From Lama glama (taxonomy: Eukaryota), in NCBI GenBank assembly GCA_028534125.1, contig CM052817.1, forward strand, positions 19,780,001 through 19,844,000: a DNA stretch of 64,000 nt, read 5' to 3'. Of the stretch, positions 12,561 through 25,690 are shown piece after piece. Position 1 is the stretch's first letter. Each line of letters begins with the position of its first letter. The notes under the pieces are model-generated. The model did no database searches. It saw only the letters and a list, made by a program, of their open reading frames with translations, and was not told the origin of the DNA. The position numbers and the translations under genes were made by a program.

Positions 12561-13025
12561 TGTTATGGAAATGACAGGCCAGTCAAGAAACAAGCACCAC
12601 TCGGAGGGTTGGAGTACTCAGATGTATTATGCCGGCGGGCTCAGAGGGGCTTCTGCTCCAAAGCTCTGAGCACCTCCCAGATGTGTGCATGAGATTTTAT
12701 AGGGTAAAGTACAAGCTTGGGGTATTCGGCCAATAGGCATGGAACAGCTTTAGCAGCATCATTATCACAAAAGTGGAGGTAGGGAGGCAGCAAACCAACA
12801 TTCCAAAGCCAGATATGTATCTTTGAAAATCCAGCTGGGTAGCAAAAAAACACAAACAGCAAACCAACACTAATTAACTTAGATTTACAAGTTAGTCCAG
12901 CAGAACTCAGATCAGTATTCCAATGCTTAGACTTGTGAGTTATCTTGTTAGCCCAGCCCAGCCTCTCCTTCACATTCCTAGACCTGTGAGTTATCTTGTT
13001 AGACCAGCCCAGCTTTTCCTTCACA
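12561..13025 (-). mobile_element. Well-preserved solo ERV1 LTR (465 bp)
   Basis: TGT...ACA termini, perfect 4-bp TSD ATAT (12557-12560, 13026-13029), minus-strand TATAAAA at about 12695-12701, CpGs retained. Confidence 0.85.
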
Positions 13026-13030
13026 ATATT

Positions 13031-13330
13031 AGTGGGGCAGGCACCCTGCAAAATGGGCCCCAAAGATCTTCACCTGCTGGTATCCCTTCCACATTGTGGT
13101 ACCCTTTGCTTGCCTGTGGGCTGGGTTTGGTGACTCGCTACTAATAAATAAAACATAAAAGAAGTGATAGAGTATTATTTATTTGATTAGCTTATAAAAC
13201 ATGGCAATTTTTATCTCGGGCCCTCCCTGTCTTTTACGTTTTCCCTTTCTCTCTAACTAGCCCTGAAAGGATCCAGACATCATGCTGTGAGACAGCCATG
13301 TGGACAGTTCCAAGTGATGAGAAAGTGCAT
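13031..13330 (+). mobile_element. MaLR LTR 5' fragment (MLT1F/G/H-like)
   Basis: GTGGGGCAGGCACCCTGCAAAATGGGCCCCAAAGATCTTCACCTGCTGGTATC..TGTGGGCTGGGTTTGGTGACTCGC. Confidence 0.65.
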
Positions 13331-13906
13331 GACTGACCACCTGGCATACTGATCTTCATTTCAGTGAGTGTTTATCTATTGTGTCCATTCTGCCTAACGA
13401 TATAATTAGTGAAGAAAATCAAATAGCATATGGTAAGACACCTTATTCTAAATACGCATCTTTTAGGGACTATGACTGCCCTTTAGCTTCTGATTTCAAT
13501 ATTTATTGGAATAGGGTAAGGCCCTAGCTATTTTCATGGTGGTCATTGTTTCTTTCACATGGTGTTTTATTTCTACAAGCAGATTCACTCCCATTTTTTT
13601 CTATCCTTGGCTGCTGAACAACTTCTTTTGAGAGTTTCTCCAATCATTCTTAAGTCTCATCTTACGTCATTTTGCATTCCTTGCTTTAATCTTATATCAA
13701 TTTCATTCTTTCTCGTCTTCCTACCTACAAATGTTTTTGGTCCAACTATTAGAAGTTAAAATATGGTTAAAATGGAACATTAGTATTATCTAATGGGATA
13801 TTTCTTACTTTTTTTTTTAAGAGCATATGCATCTATTTTCATTACACTGGATCAGTTTAAAAATTTATCTTTAGATTTATTCTAATGGTATAGAATATAA
13901 TACTAG

Positions 13907-14401
13907 TGTTGGCTGAAATAAATCCACAGCCTAAAAGTTGAGAGTTATGTTTTATTTGGCGGATATTTCTGAGGACTCGAACCCCTTCGAGCCCAGGATG
14001 ACAGCCTCTCAGATCGCTCTGAGAGACTCCTCCAAAGAGGTAGGGGAGAAGCTAAGATATATAGCAGTTTTACTACAAAGACCAGGTAGTTGGAACGTGA
14101 AAAGATTACTTGTTAACTAAAGAAAACTAGGCATCTCAAGTTAAAGAATTTAGTGCTTTTCTATGTATGGGAGGAAGCAAACATTTGGGTTCATTGACTT
14201 CATTCCTTTGACAAGCACCTAGCTACCTAGGGCCAGTATCCTGTCCTTTCTTATTCTGAGTCCCCTCAGGGTGCAGCATTGTGAGTGGCTGCAGAGGCTG
14301 GGCTGCAGGCTCGTCTTCACTGGCAGGTAGCAGCGGCTAATGACTTAATGGCTTTAGCATTCTTTGTTTACTGATATGGTTTGCAGTATTTTTTGTTTAC
14401 A
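13907..14401 (-). mobile_element. Solo ERV1 LTR, MER41-like (495 bp)
   Basis: TGT...ACA termini, perfect 4-bp TSD CTAG; AAAGTTGAGAGTTATGTTTTATTTGG, GACAGCCTCTCAGATCGCTCTGAGAGACT, TCTCAAGTTAAAGAATTTAGTGCTTTTCTATGTATGGGA motifs. Confidence 0.85.
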
Positions 14402-15864
14402 CTAGTAACATCAAACAAGAAAAAGTATAAAAACATTTCATTATATATGATGATGAAACATCAAAGTGATTTATGATATTTCACTATGAAATTAACACAT
14501 CTAAATCTTGTCAAAAGTACATTCTAAACATTCTCAGAAAGAGTTAACCTTTTTTTAGGTCAAGTTCGAAATATTAACTTTTGCTATATTTTTTCTACCT
14601 CTAATATTGAGGTTGATAATTTGAAGATACTAATCTTAAACTTTCAAGAAAATTGTTAGTTGGGCTAAAATAAAATATGTCATTTTTGGAATTAGCTATT
14701 TAATTAAAATTTTCATTCATCTTGAAAATAGAGATAACTGACAGGCAAATTTTAATCTTCAAGAAATTACTATTTATAATGATTATTAAACTTAAATTAC
14801 AAAAATTTAATTTTTGCTTTGTGTACTTTTCAGGTATTTTATTTTCACAGTTGAGGTTTAATTGTATGAGAGAAAGTTCATATAAATATGTATTTAACAC
14901 AAGATTGCCTCAATTTTATTTATTTACTTAAATTAGTAAACTCAGCACTAACATTTGAATTTATTCTGGACATTAATCAGAATATGTCTCCACTAAAATT
15001 TTCTTTTACATTTTTGGACAAACCTAAAACATGGTTTTTATTTATTCTACACAATACACTGGTATTATTTTAATTATATTTGATTTTAGTTAATTAGAAT
15101 TTGGTAACAGGGTTGTTTGTTCTTTAAAAATCTGTAGACTTCTATTTCATAAATTAACATATAACTCCAAAACCAATTCTCACATTTAACTAGCTGTCAT
15201 AAACATCAACAAGAATAAAACATTAACTTTGCAAAACTAAGAATTTATGATTTATTGGCAGTTTTGCTCTTTTAATCATATCATAGTTTGGATTGAATTA
15301 CCTGCTAAGAGATGAAGTAATGAGTCTATAAACTGCACATTCAAAATCCATTTAAATATTAAGATCTACATTTTTATTCACATATATGTAATGCCCTTTA
15401 ATTTGAAAACAAAAATGACTTGAGAAATAAGCATATATCTGTCTGTAACTGCTAATTCTGCTTCCTCCTGCTGTTACAGTGATTCTAACAGTGAGAATAT
15501 TATACGAAATCCCAAAGTAATGGAAAGAGCGATTGTGTTAAAAGGGCTGAGACACCAGTCAACTGAGACTCATGATGTGATTACCCCTACTTTTGGCAGT
15601 GCCACTATGACGTGATGAGTGACTGCAGAGTTAAATGGGAAAGAAGAAAATGTGATGCTGGTTCTAATTTTCACGTAGATTTTTCTCTGTACTTGGAGAA
15701 TATCCTGCATCCCATTGCTTCCCAAACTGGGAACTGCCCCGCTGTACTCTGCAACTTGTAAGTGTGAAAGAAACATATAAAAGACAGGTATTCAAGTCTG
15801 ACATAAACAGTGTCTGGAAAACCAGAGTGGAAATAAAGACTGACAATGTGTTAGCACTGGCTGA

Positions 15865-16100
15865 GAGTGGATTAGCCAAGGAATCTAAAAGTGACTCCAC
15901 TGTTTGAAGTTCCATTGCCACTTTTCAGCTGTGATCTTCAACAAGTTATTTAACTTCTCTGTATCTTAGTTTTTCAATTGTGAAATTATGATAATAGTAA
16001 AAATGTTAATATCCACTTCATCAAATTATTGTGAGGCTTAGAAAATTAATAGATGAGCAAAGCACTTAAATTAGTACCTGGAATACAGTAGGCACAAAGC
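15865..16100 (+). mobile_element. MIR SINE
   Basis: Core AGCTGTGATCTTCAACAAGTTATTTAACTTCTCTGTATCTTAGTTTTTCAATTGTGAAAT and tail AAAGCACTTA..TACCTGGAATACAGTAGG. Confidence 0.8.
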
Positions 16101-17943
16101 TTTTATTTTTATGGCTCAAAAAGTATCTCCATGGCTGATTTTATGAACTAATAAATGAAATTGCTTTCCTGTTTAGAAAAGATATACAAGTCAATTGTAG
16201 AAAATTTGGAAAATAATGAAAATAGTAAAAAGTCAAATCTTACTCATAATGTCAAAACTCACTAATGTCTATTATTTATTTAATTCAATTACTTTATTTA
16301 CCTATTAGAAATAATTTCCATAAATTAAATATACCTTTATAATATCATTTTTAGTGACTGCATGGTATTTATTCCATTAGATTATTCCGTAGTTTATCTA
16401 CCATTTAGTATCTGAGGAGACCTCAGTTTCTCATCCCTAAAGTACACTTAGTAATAAATATCTACCTCTTGGTGTAATATGGAAAATTAGGTTTGACAAT
16501 GCATATAGAGTTAACAAAATCTGAGCAGGAAACGAACATTAGCTATTGTTATTATTTAATCATTGCAACTTAAAAAAATTCCATTTTGTTTTACTTAATT
16601 CTTTTTACATATTTATGATGTATTGGGGAAGTGTGTATAAGTTGAATTAGTGAAGCACACATTTTACATGTTATTAAGATTTTAAACCTAGGAATCATTT
16701 TTAAATTGCAGTTAAGCATAACCATTTTAACTAAATTTTCCTTGTTTTCCCTCCAAGCAAATTAAATTCCCCAAATCCCTTCTCATTTTCTCTCTTATTT
16801 TAAGGACACGATTCAACAGTCCTTCAAGCAAAGACGTAGTATACCCTTTCAATTACATGATTGCAGTTTGCACACAGTCTCATTTATCAGACTTTATAGA
16901 GCTAATAGGTTTCTTTTGCCTTGAACCATCTTTTAAGATATTTAAAGGTGAATTTTTAATGCAAATAACTTCAATTTTATATCTCTGACTGTAGGGAAAT
17001 TATTCTAATTTGCAATGATACTAAATGCAAACCAAGTGAAAAGCACTAGTGAGCAACTGCAGAATTATTCAGTTTTAGGTTTTTTTCATAAATATCTCTT
17101 CTCAGTTCTGTGCTGGATAAAAATTACATAGAAAGTAAATATATATATCTGCAATTTAAAATTATTAATTTATTTTTTAAATATGAGCTCATATTTTAAC
17201 CAATTTCTCATGTCTCATGTAAGGACTAGGTTAAAAAAATTGTGGGAGCTTTGTTCATGTACTGCCAAGTATGAGATCCTGGCAATAAAAGCAAAAATTT
17301 TGAGATCTATTTCTTAGATTATAGTCCTTGGGCACTCAAAGAACTAAGGACAAATTCTCTTGAATGATGGAAAATCTATTAGAATTCACTTAAGTCTTAT
17401 GAATTCTCCTATTTTAATTTATAGCATATGCATTGCTTCTGTTTTGACAATTATTAGATATTTTAACAATTCTCTAGCATTATATTCAGTAATATGCACA
17501 TCCACTGTCGTAGAACTATGAGAAATTATTTTAACAAATGATAAAGTCACACATGACTATGACACTTTTAGTAACCAACAAAGTAATTCCTAATATCTTC
17601 TGGTGGCCTTATCTTTTTACTATCTAAAAATTCTAGTTTGTTTATAAACAAAATAATACTAAGAAAACAGGGAGCAAGGAAGTAACGGTAGTTAGTCTTT
17701 TATTCATGACTATTACAGTTCTATGTGAGTAATGGACTAGCTTCCAAATTTTATGCTAAATCTGGAGAACTCTAGTAAGGATCTAAAATCGTGCCAACAA
17801 CAAAAGTAAAGAGATCTATTAGCAGTGTTTGCTGAAAGATTATTAAGGAAATTAGTGACATGTACACCATATATTAATCATGCCCAGTGAATTCACATTC
17901 TCAGACTAAATTTTTCTCATCTAAAATTTCTCTTTTGAATCAC

Positions 17944-18450
17944 TGTTTCATTAGTCAAGCTTCTTGCAGCTGCATGAAGTAGAATCAAACTCAGAATGGT
18001 CTAAGGAAAACAAATTTGTTATTTGATTGGCTGTTGTAACTGGCATTCTCAGTGTCACACTTATGTTCAGGAACAAGTAGACACGAGGGCTTTGTCAAAT
18101 CTATCTAATCTCCCTTTTGGCTCTGTGTTGCCTTCACTTCAATGTACAGGCTGTCTTTGTAGTGGCAAACATGATCACCTACATCTTAAGACTTTTATAT
18201 TATTAGTTTATAGACCTTAGCAGAAAAGAGCAGCTTTCTTCACAGTTGCAGAATGAATTACATGAATTACAGAATGATGCATTATTATCATTTGCACAAC
18301 CCAGAATGCGGCTCTGTGGTGAAGAAGGATTAATTAGATCCCACAGAGGAACATGGACTAATGGTGGAAAAGAAGTGAAACACCAAAGGAAATTTAGGAG
18401 GCTTTTAACTAAAGAAGGGTGAAACAACAAACGGTCATGATAGCAAGGGA
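17944..18450 (-). mobile_element. Very old MaLR LTR remnant
   Basis: TTAGTCAAGCTTCTTGCAGCTGCA..AGAATCAAACTCA..TTGATTGGCTGTTGTAACTG. Confidence 0.4.
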
Positions 18451-18483
18451 TATCAACTAAAATGTTACTTTGATAATATTCAC

Positions 18484-18978
18484 TGTATTAATTTTCTATT
18501 GTCGTATTAAAAATTACTATAAATTTAGTGACTATCAATGACACCTCTTTATTATTCTACAGTGTCTGTAGGTTAGAAATCCAGGTATAGACCTGGGTAC
18601 CCTGTTCAGGTTCTCATAGACTGGAAACAAGATGTCAGCATGGGTGGTAATCCAATATTTACAGTCTTCTTCCAAACTCAATGCTTGTTGACATAATTCA
18701 GTTCTTTTTGGATATAGGACCAAACCAACCAATCAGTTCTTAGAGGCCTCCCATTGTTACCTGCCACGTGACATGGTACTTTGCTTGAAGTTTCTGTTGC
18801 TTGCCTGCCTCCGACTTTTACATCTAGACCTGCTTCTCTGATTATGTCAGGCCTAGTCAGGATAATTTACCTCCTGAATAATTTAATTGATTGTATCTGT
18901 GAAATCTACCTTTGCTATATAATACAACCATCATGAAGCATAAAACTTGGACACCACTTTAGAATTCTGCTCACCACA
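18484..18978 (-). mobile_element. MaLR LTR (MLT1E-like)
   Basis: TGTATTAATTTTCTATTG start, TAGAATTCTGCTCACCACA end. Confidence 0.75.
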
Positions 18979-19283
18979 TCTGCTAATCAATATCATCAAT
19001 ATATAGCTATAAGATATAGGCTCATATTTACTAAAATAAATAATACTTTCACAGTTATAATTTTTAATAAGTTCATTGGCATCTCTTACTACCATGCTTT
19101 CTTAAACACAAATAATTCATTTTGGTTGTTCATTTATTTTTTATGTTTCTTATAGTACTTCATAATCATCATTTAGCCATAATCCATCAAAACACTCAAA
19201 CATTAGATATCATGTCTCTCCATAATGTAAATCTTCAAAAGAAATCAATTTCAGTTTAACAATTTAAACTTACATAGAAATGT

Positions 19284-19309
19284 ACACACACACACACACA
19301 CACACACAC
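19284..19309. repeat. (CA)n microsatellite
   Basis: Pure CA run. Confidence 0.95.
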
Positions 19310-19399
19310 CCCTCCCCACACCCAAAGAATTCCTTTGTACAAAGGTTTAAAAACTTGTTTAGGGGGTCATGTTAACTATTGCTATGGCCAAGAAATTTT

Positions 19400-20280
19400 T
19401 CCCCTAAAAAGAGCTATAAAGCAGGACAAAATTGACAAAAACAATCATTTCAGTTCTTTGGAAAATGACCACATATTTATATGAAAATTGTCTATGCTTG
19501 AATAAATGTTGAACTTCTAGAAAGAATGATAGGAATCTGGGATGATCCACCCTGAGGATGGTACCCCTCACCTCCACCCCACTCCTACCCAATAGCTAAC
19601 AAACACAGAGGTTCTGCAGAAACAACCAACTATTTCTTTTCCACAATGGAAAGAAAGCTCACTTGATTTGGGCCTGTGAGCATTGCCTAAATCCAGCAGC
19701 ATTGTTGATGGAGGTAACAATTTCAAAGATGGGTGCGTGAGGAGGGCCAGTGATTGTACTAGCCCAGAGTTTCAGTCATAACTGGGGCAAGTTTAGTTAT
19801 GGCCTAGAATATAGAGATTAGTAGCAGGGAAGATTGCCAAAGTCAACCACAAATTCCTGGTTGACCCTAAAGATTCATATATATATACACAGGAGATCAT
19901 AAAAAAATAAAAAGCCAAACAGAAAATAAAATATGAGAAAAACTTGAAAATAGCCAGAAAATATACATTTTTTAAAATTGTCTGTAAGCAGATCTATCAG
20001 CAGAAATCACAAGCAATACTGGCTAGCAGTTGAACATAATGGTCTAATCATTGCCCTCTAAACATCATGAGCACAATGGTTCTAGTAATCCAGTCTTAAA
20101 AATAAAAATTAAAAAACAAGCAAACAAACTAAAAAACTGAGCCAAGGCATTGTGGCTGCTCACCACAGGAGAGCAAGATTTTTTGTTTCATCAAGGCAAT
20201 TTATTTAACAAAAAAAGAAACAAACAAAATCATAGCAACAACAATCTTCAGGAAGATAGATCAAAATCTGGAATATTCTA
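19400..20280 (+). mobile_element. Ancient L1M 5'-region fragment
   Basis: A-rich strand; GGACAAAATTGACAAAAACAATCATTTCAGTTCTTTGGAAA motif typical of old L1 5' ends. Confidence 0.5.
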
Positions 20281-20284
20281 GATA

Positions 20285-20650
20285 AGTAATCATGTGTTGG
20301 TTAGATGTAGGAGAGGGAAGCATTCTATAATCCTATGATTTGGTCTCAGTCTTCTAGTAAGCCCATGACCCTGAGCTCTATCTTTCACAAGTGCTTCTCA
20401 GCAATTTTTTTACCCCTTAGGTGAGTCTAGAGAGGACTAGAGTTGGTTATTTATTTCCCTTCCCCATGTAAGTCAGGCTCTGGTAAAATAGTTTCCCCTG
20501 AGGCAGTTCTTTTTAAGGAGAACAAAATACTTTGGGATTATTTCAAGATTGCTATTTTCCTCTCCCTCTATCTAAAGATTTAGGACACTTCCTTCAGATA
20601 CTTGCCCTGAGAAACTGCTGAGGCTCCTATAGGTAAAACTCATAAAATTG
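20285..20650 (-). mobile_element. Ancient L1 (L1MC/MD-like) 5'-end fragment
   Basis: GGGAAGCATTCTATAATCCTATGATTTGGTCTCAGTCTTCTAGTAAGCC, GAGTTGGTTATTT, TCTGGTAAAATAGTTTCCCCTGAGG. Confidence 0.6.
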
Positions 20651-22619
20651 TTATTTATTCATATAAGCATTATCTAGTACTTAGAATAATCATCATATAT
20701 TTCATTCTTCTATGAATGAAAAATGTATCTAGTAACATCTAGGTTAAAGATATAAGTGATTTTTAAATAAGATAATTGCTAATTTTTAGAAATACATTTA
20801 TGGTAGTATTTCAAATATTTGTTCAAACTCATGAATGAATGGACAAGTAACCAGTTAAGAAAAAGAAATCAACCAAAATTTTCAGAGTCTATAGATTAAT
20901 ATCCTACATAATCCAAGTAGATTCACATGTCAAGTTGTCAATATCATACCAACTTTCTGGGCATCCTTACACTTATTTAAGTTTAGTAGTAGTAGTAGTA
21001 ATATTAGTAATTTCTTTTTTTAGACACATTCTGATATTATCATGCACTTTTGCACTTTTACATATTTTTATTTTTACAAAATGTATTCAGAATAGCAAGT
21101 CCTAAAATCTCAGTGCTTTTTGATCTTGCTTGTTCTGATATAGATGGATCATGTTTTTAAGTGTCCATTTAAAGGGGAGATTGAGCATTCTTACAACAGG
21201 CTGTCACAAAACATTATTTTATAAACCTCGTGATTCTTAAAATCTAATCTATATTAATGTAGGCAGAAAAAATTCAAAACTTTGAATTATCAAATATTGG
21301 TGTTGTAAATCATCTCTTTGTATTTAATAATTATCACTTCAATAAGAATCATAAATGTTAGATTTATTTCTCATTTACATTTAGCAGAAAATTTTATCCT
21401 CTTTATTCTGAATATCTGACATTCTTTCCATGAAATAGGAATCTGTATGAAAAAGAAAAACCTGGGAAAATTATTGACTGCATTAAGACTTACAAGTTAG
21501 GAGGAAAAAGAGAAAAAGAAAGATGAGTGAGAATGACAAAAAGTGAACAAAAATGAGGAACTCCACTTGGAGTGAGTTGGTTGATTTTAAAGAAAGAAAA
21601 TCCCAGCAAGAAAAAAATACAATCTGGAATGAGTGTGTAATTACAATTATACTCTGGATTTTCATGAAAAAATTTCGCTTACCAGTGGCAAGCAAAACAA
21701 ATTAATTTTACATGAACACTATAACTTTCATTGTAAAATTTTAAAAATATATGATAAAAAATATAACTTACTCTATTCCATTAGATGTATTGAAAAAGTT
21801 TTTCCATACAAACTAAGACATTAAGGCACATTTACATGGAATGGTGAGGTGTTGGATTAATGAAGGCTGAGCAAGAAGTCCAGGCTTAAATTACACTCCT
21901 CGAGAGATGCAATCTTCTTGATTACTTTAAAAATTTAGGATGTCAAGCTGCTGTCTTTTTTTCCCAATAATTTTCTTTCAAAATAAAATATGTACTTTTT
22001 TTAGCCTATTCATTTTGCAAAGACCAAGTGTATGGCAAAAGCAGAATTCCTTACTTTACATTTTATGGGCAGTCTCTTTAATCTTCATATATTTTGTACC
22101 TTTGGGTATATGACACTTAGTTCATATTTTTCCAGAGACGTAATTCCAATTAACGTCAGTAATGGTGTGAGGAGATTTCAAGTGATGAATGTACTTGGGT
22201 CTATTAGAAAACTATCAGGCTTTTTGCACAGAAACACAAAATCCATACGTCAAAGGATGGGATTTACTAGGTGTAAATATAGGATTTTGCAGATTGACAG
22301 AAAGAGAATCAAATTTTTTAGTGACATCAGATGATGTGATATGGCCAGTTGAGGAAGAATCATAGTTTTTATCTTTTGTATTAGAAATAATTAAAATTTA
22401 AATTTAATTTTCTTCCTTATTTTATTCTCATATGTCCACTGTCTTTTTTCTATTTATGATTGCAAATTTTATTATTTTTCACAATTTTTTCCACTCAGTT
22501 TTTCAAGTGTGCACTCATTCCAATTAGATAAATGTCATTATACAAATTATTTTTCAACTTATGCCAAACATATATCCAGTAAATTTCTTTAAACATCACT
22601 AGAATAAGATTTCATCATA

Positions 22620-23160
22620 TCAACGTCATAATTATACATAGTTTTATTATAAATGTAATGCTTAAGAAAACTCAAGCAATATAACACTTCACAAAATAAA
22701 AAAAAAATTTACAATTTTCTCACCACCTTATCGCTTCTTCACTTCAACCATTTCCACTGAGTCATTAAGATGAAAATTTTTGTTTATATCATTTAAGATC
22801 TTCTACAAACACATGTACACACATACACTTTAATATTATTACTTTAGATTTATGAATGTTAGAAGTTTCACTTTATAATTCATCAAGTTAGCACAACAAA
22901 TGTCATCTCTTTTCTATAGTGCTTGCATATAGTTCCATGTTACAAATATACCATAATGCCCTTATTATTGTACATTTAGGTAGTTAATGGTATTTTTCGC
23001 TATTATGAGAAATATAATTTGTATGTATGTATCACACTTATTAAATAGTTGCTTAAGATAGATTCCTAGAATTAAACTTGGATGGTGAAAAGTATGCACA
23101 TTTATATTGTTGATAGATATTGTCAAGTTGATCTCCAAAAACTATGTAAACTCTATAACA
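22620..23160 (-). mobile_element. L1ME-like 3' fragment
   Basis: GATAGATTCCTAGAATTAAACTTGGATGGTGAAAAGTATGCACATTT..TTGATAGATATTGTCAAGTTGATCTCCAAAA. Confidence 0.6.
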
Positions 23161-24689
23161 ATTTATTTTCCCTTATTTTCATTCATTGTGTTTTGGAAAA
23201 ATTATCAGGCTTTTTTTTTAAACAAAAAAAAACCCAGTGTCATAACCCTAACTTTTTGTTAGCATTTTAGTGCAAATATTAACCAGGAGGGACTCAAAGG
23301 TTAAGATAGTTGCTAAGCAACTACCAACCAGCCTATCTTGAGAGCAAGCTTTCAGGGCATTTTTCTGGAGACATAAATCCACCTTCTTAATTTTGCTTCT
23401 CACATCATATACATACAGCTCAGTGAATTGAGCCATAATCTACCTAACTTGTTTTGGTTAGATTGTTCATGATCACTTTCTCCTGCAATGCACATAAACA
23501 CCTAGCAGTATAGAAATATTACCTGCCGAATTAAATGATCTTACAAAACTGTAGGTATTTTTTCAACCCTGCCCAGTATTTTGATTTGCCATAGGCATGT
23601 TCATTGATATTTACAATAACACCATGGATTTTGGAATCACAGATTATTGATTTTAATTTTGCTACTGTGCTCTTTCTTTGGTGCCCTAACTTTCGGTCTT
23701 CCAGACTGACTCTTACTAAGTTATTTCTATTCTGCCTCTCTAATCTCTACAGCTTTGCCCCTGCAGATGTCCATAATGCCTGCCTACTTGTGTTTAATTA
23801 TCTTGATGGTTATTCCCTTTCCAAATTCATTAATAAAGATGCAGTACAAGATCCTTCCACCTCATCCAGAATAGATTAGCAGTGCCCTTGCCTGGTGTTA
23901 CCTCTGTGAAATGAAAGAGGCTGTAACTTCTGACCTCTAACCTCCCTCCTTTCTGATCTTCCTTTTCCTCATTACTAACCTCTCACTCTCAGCTATATTT
24001 TTCTCCACTTTCAAGAGCACTTTTATGCCCTGAGAGGTTTGTGTTTCTTTGAAACTTTTCTTTAGAAAGCAGTTCAAAATACTTATCTGTCATCGTTTTG
24101 GTTAATTCTCCTCGTTCACCATAAAGTCTCCAAGTAGTAAGTTCTACATTGATAGTCCCATTTTACATTGAATCTAAGGAATAAAGAGAGCAAGTATTTT
24201 TTAAGGATGCATCACAAGAGAGAATCAGAAATAAGTTTGTACTTTTGAACTCATTCTTCAACAGCTATCAATCACTGAGTGACTCCTTTGGCAGAGCTCA
24301 AATATGACAAAATTAACTCCTTCACTTTTTCCCAAATAAAATGTATGATGTGCTTGTAAGCACATAAAGAGATACAGAGTTTTACTTTCACTGATTTATT
24401 ATTATTCAAGAGTAGAGACACTTACTTGTGTATGTTTGTACATCTATTCTTATTTCTAATAAGTAATAAAATATGTGTAAAACTCACTTGTTTTTCATTT
24501 GCCCACATTTTTCCAAAATTTTCTTACGGAATTCTGACAGGGCTGAGATTTAAAAATAATCTTTGAGCAAAGATCCTGGATCTCTACCAATATTTAATGA
24601 ACTTTAGCAGCCTTTTCAAAAGCTTTAATACTTGAGGAGTAGAAATTGTATTTTCAGGTTGCCTAATTATAGGGTTCATAAAGTATCTT

Positions 24690-25110
24690 CATGAATACTA
24701 TCCAAATAATCTCAGCAGCCCTTTAAAATGCATAGACTTATTCATATTTTCTAAATGAGGGAATTGGGATCAGAAAGCTTAAAACACTTTTAACAGGGTT
24801 AAGGGTGTCTTAATTCTTAAATGGACGAGCCGAAATTCACATCCAAGTTTTCTTGATCCAGGTCAGTAACTTTTGCTTCTTAACACAAACAATATTTATA
24901 AGGGTTTATAATATGCCAGGAACTAAATGTTTTCTATGTTTCGTGTCACTTGAGCATCACCAACACTGAATGAAATAACTTTTAAAAGTACTTTAGGTGT
25001 ACAGAAGAGGAGTCATTAGCATGAGTCCCACGGCTAGCTGAGGGTGAAGAAGGGAATCAACCCCACATGTCTGAGTGCGTAGTCAATACTCATGATTCTG
25101 ACCGCTTTCA
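24690..25110 (-). mobile_element. Two adjacent degraded MIR SINEs
   Basis: CATATTTTCTAAATGAGGGAATTGGGATCAGAAAG; TTTATAATATGCCAGGAACT..CCCACGGCTAG..GAATCAACCCCACATGTCTGA. Confidence 0.5.
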
Positions 25111-25171
25111 CTTTTTGACACTAATTGAACCAAAAGGTATGAAGCATGGTGAATATTTTATGCATGTAATT

Positions 25172-25335
25172 TTTTAAAAATTCACTTTATTTATTTATTT
25201 TTAGAAACTTGTTTTTTTGGGGGGGAGGGAGTTAATTAGGTCTATTTCTTTGTTTTATATGGAGGTACTAGGGATTGAACCCACGACCTCGTGCATGCTA
25301 GGCATGCACTCTACCACTGAGCTATACCCTCCCCC
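25172..25335 (-). mobile_element. Camelid tRNA-Ala-derived SINE (vic-1 type)
   Basis: Minus strand GGGGAGGGTATAGCTCAGTGGTAGAGTGCATGCCTAGCATGCACGAGGTCGTGGGTTCAATCCCTAGTACCTCCA (A and B boxes), A-rich tail, TSD ATGCATGTAATT/ATTCATGTAGTT. Confidence 0.9.
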
Positions 25336-25690
25336 ATTCATGTAGTTATAACCAGTAGAGAGAAATTGCTTTTCACTTCTGAAACTTTCCTGTACATAGT
25401 ATCCTGGATGAAGTCAAGAATGTGTCTCTAGTGACTGGCTTATCAAGGTGTGACCTGCATAGCAGGAAAAATAGCTTCACCTAAAATCCTGTGAGGAATT
25501 TGGCACCTAAGGCTCCACCAGGCAGACCTATTGCATCTCAATCTTTATTTGACTAAGGTCCCCTGGGGATTCTACGCAAGCACATGAAAGTTTGGAAGGC
25601 ACTGCCTTAGTGAGTTGGCAACAACCAAAAACAATTTTGAAAACTACAGATATATTAAATAATATTTCAAAGTTATTTCATCTTGATAAT

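Noticed and set aside
12641..13063. 140-aa ORF with an internal repeat
   Set aside because: Lies almost wholly in a solo LTR; the peptide repeat reflects the 51-bp DNA repeat
25260..25335. tRNA-Ala gene
   Set aside because: Has an A-rich tail, TSDs and a second dispersed copy, so it is a SINE
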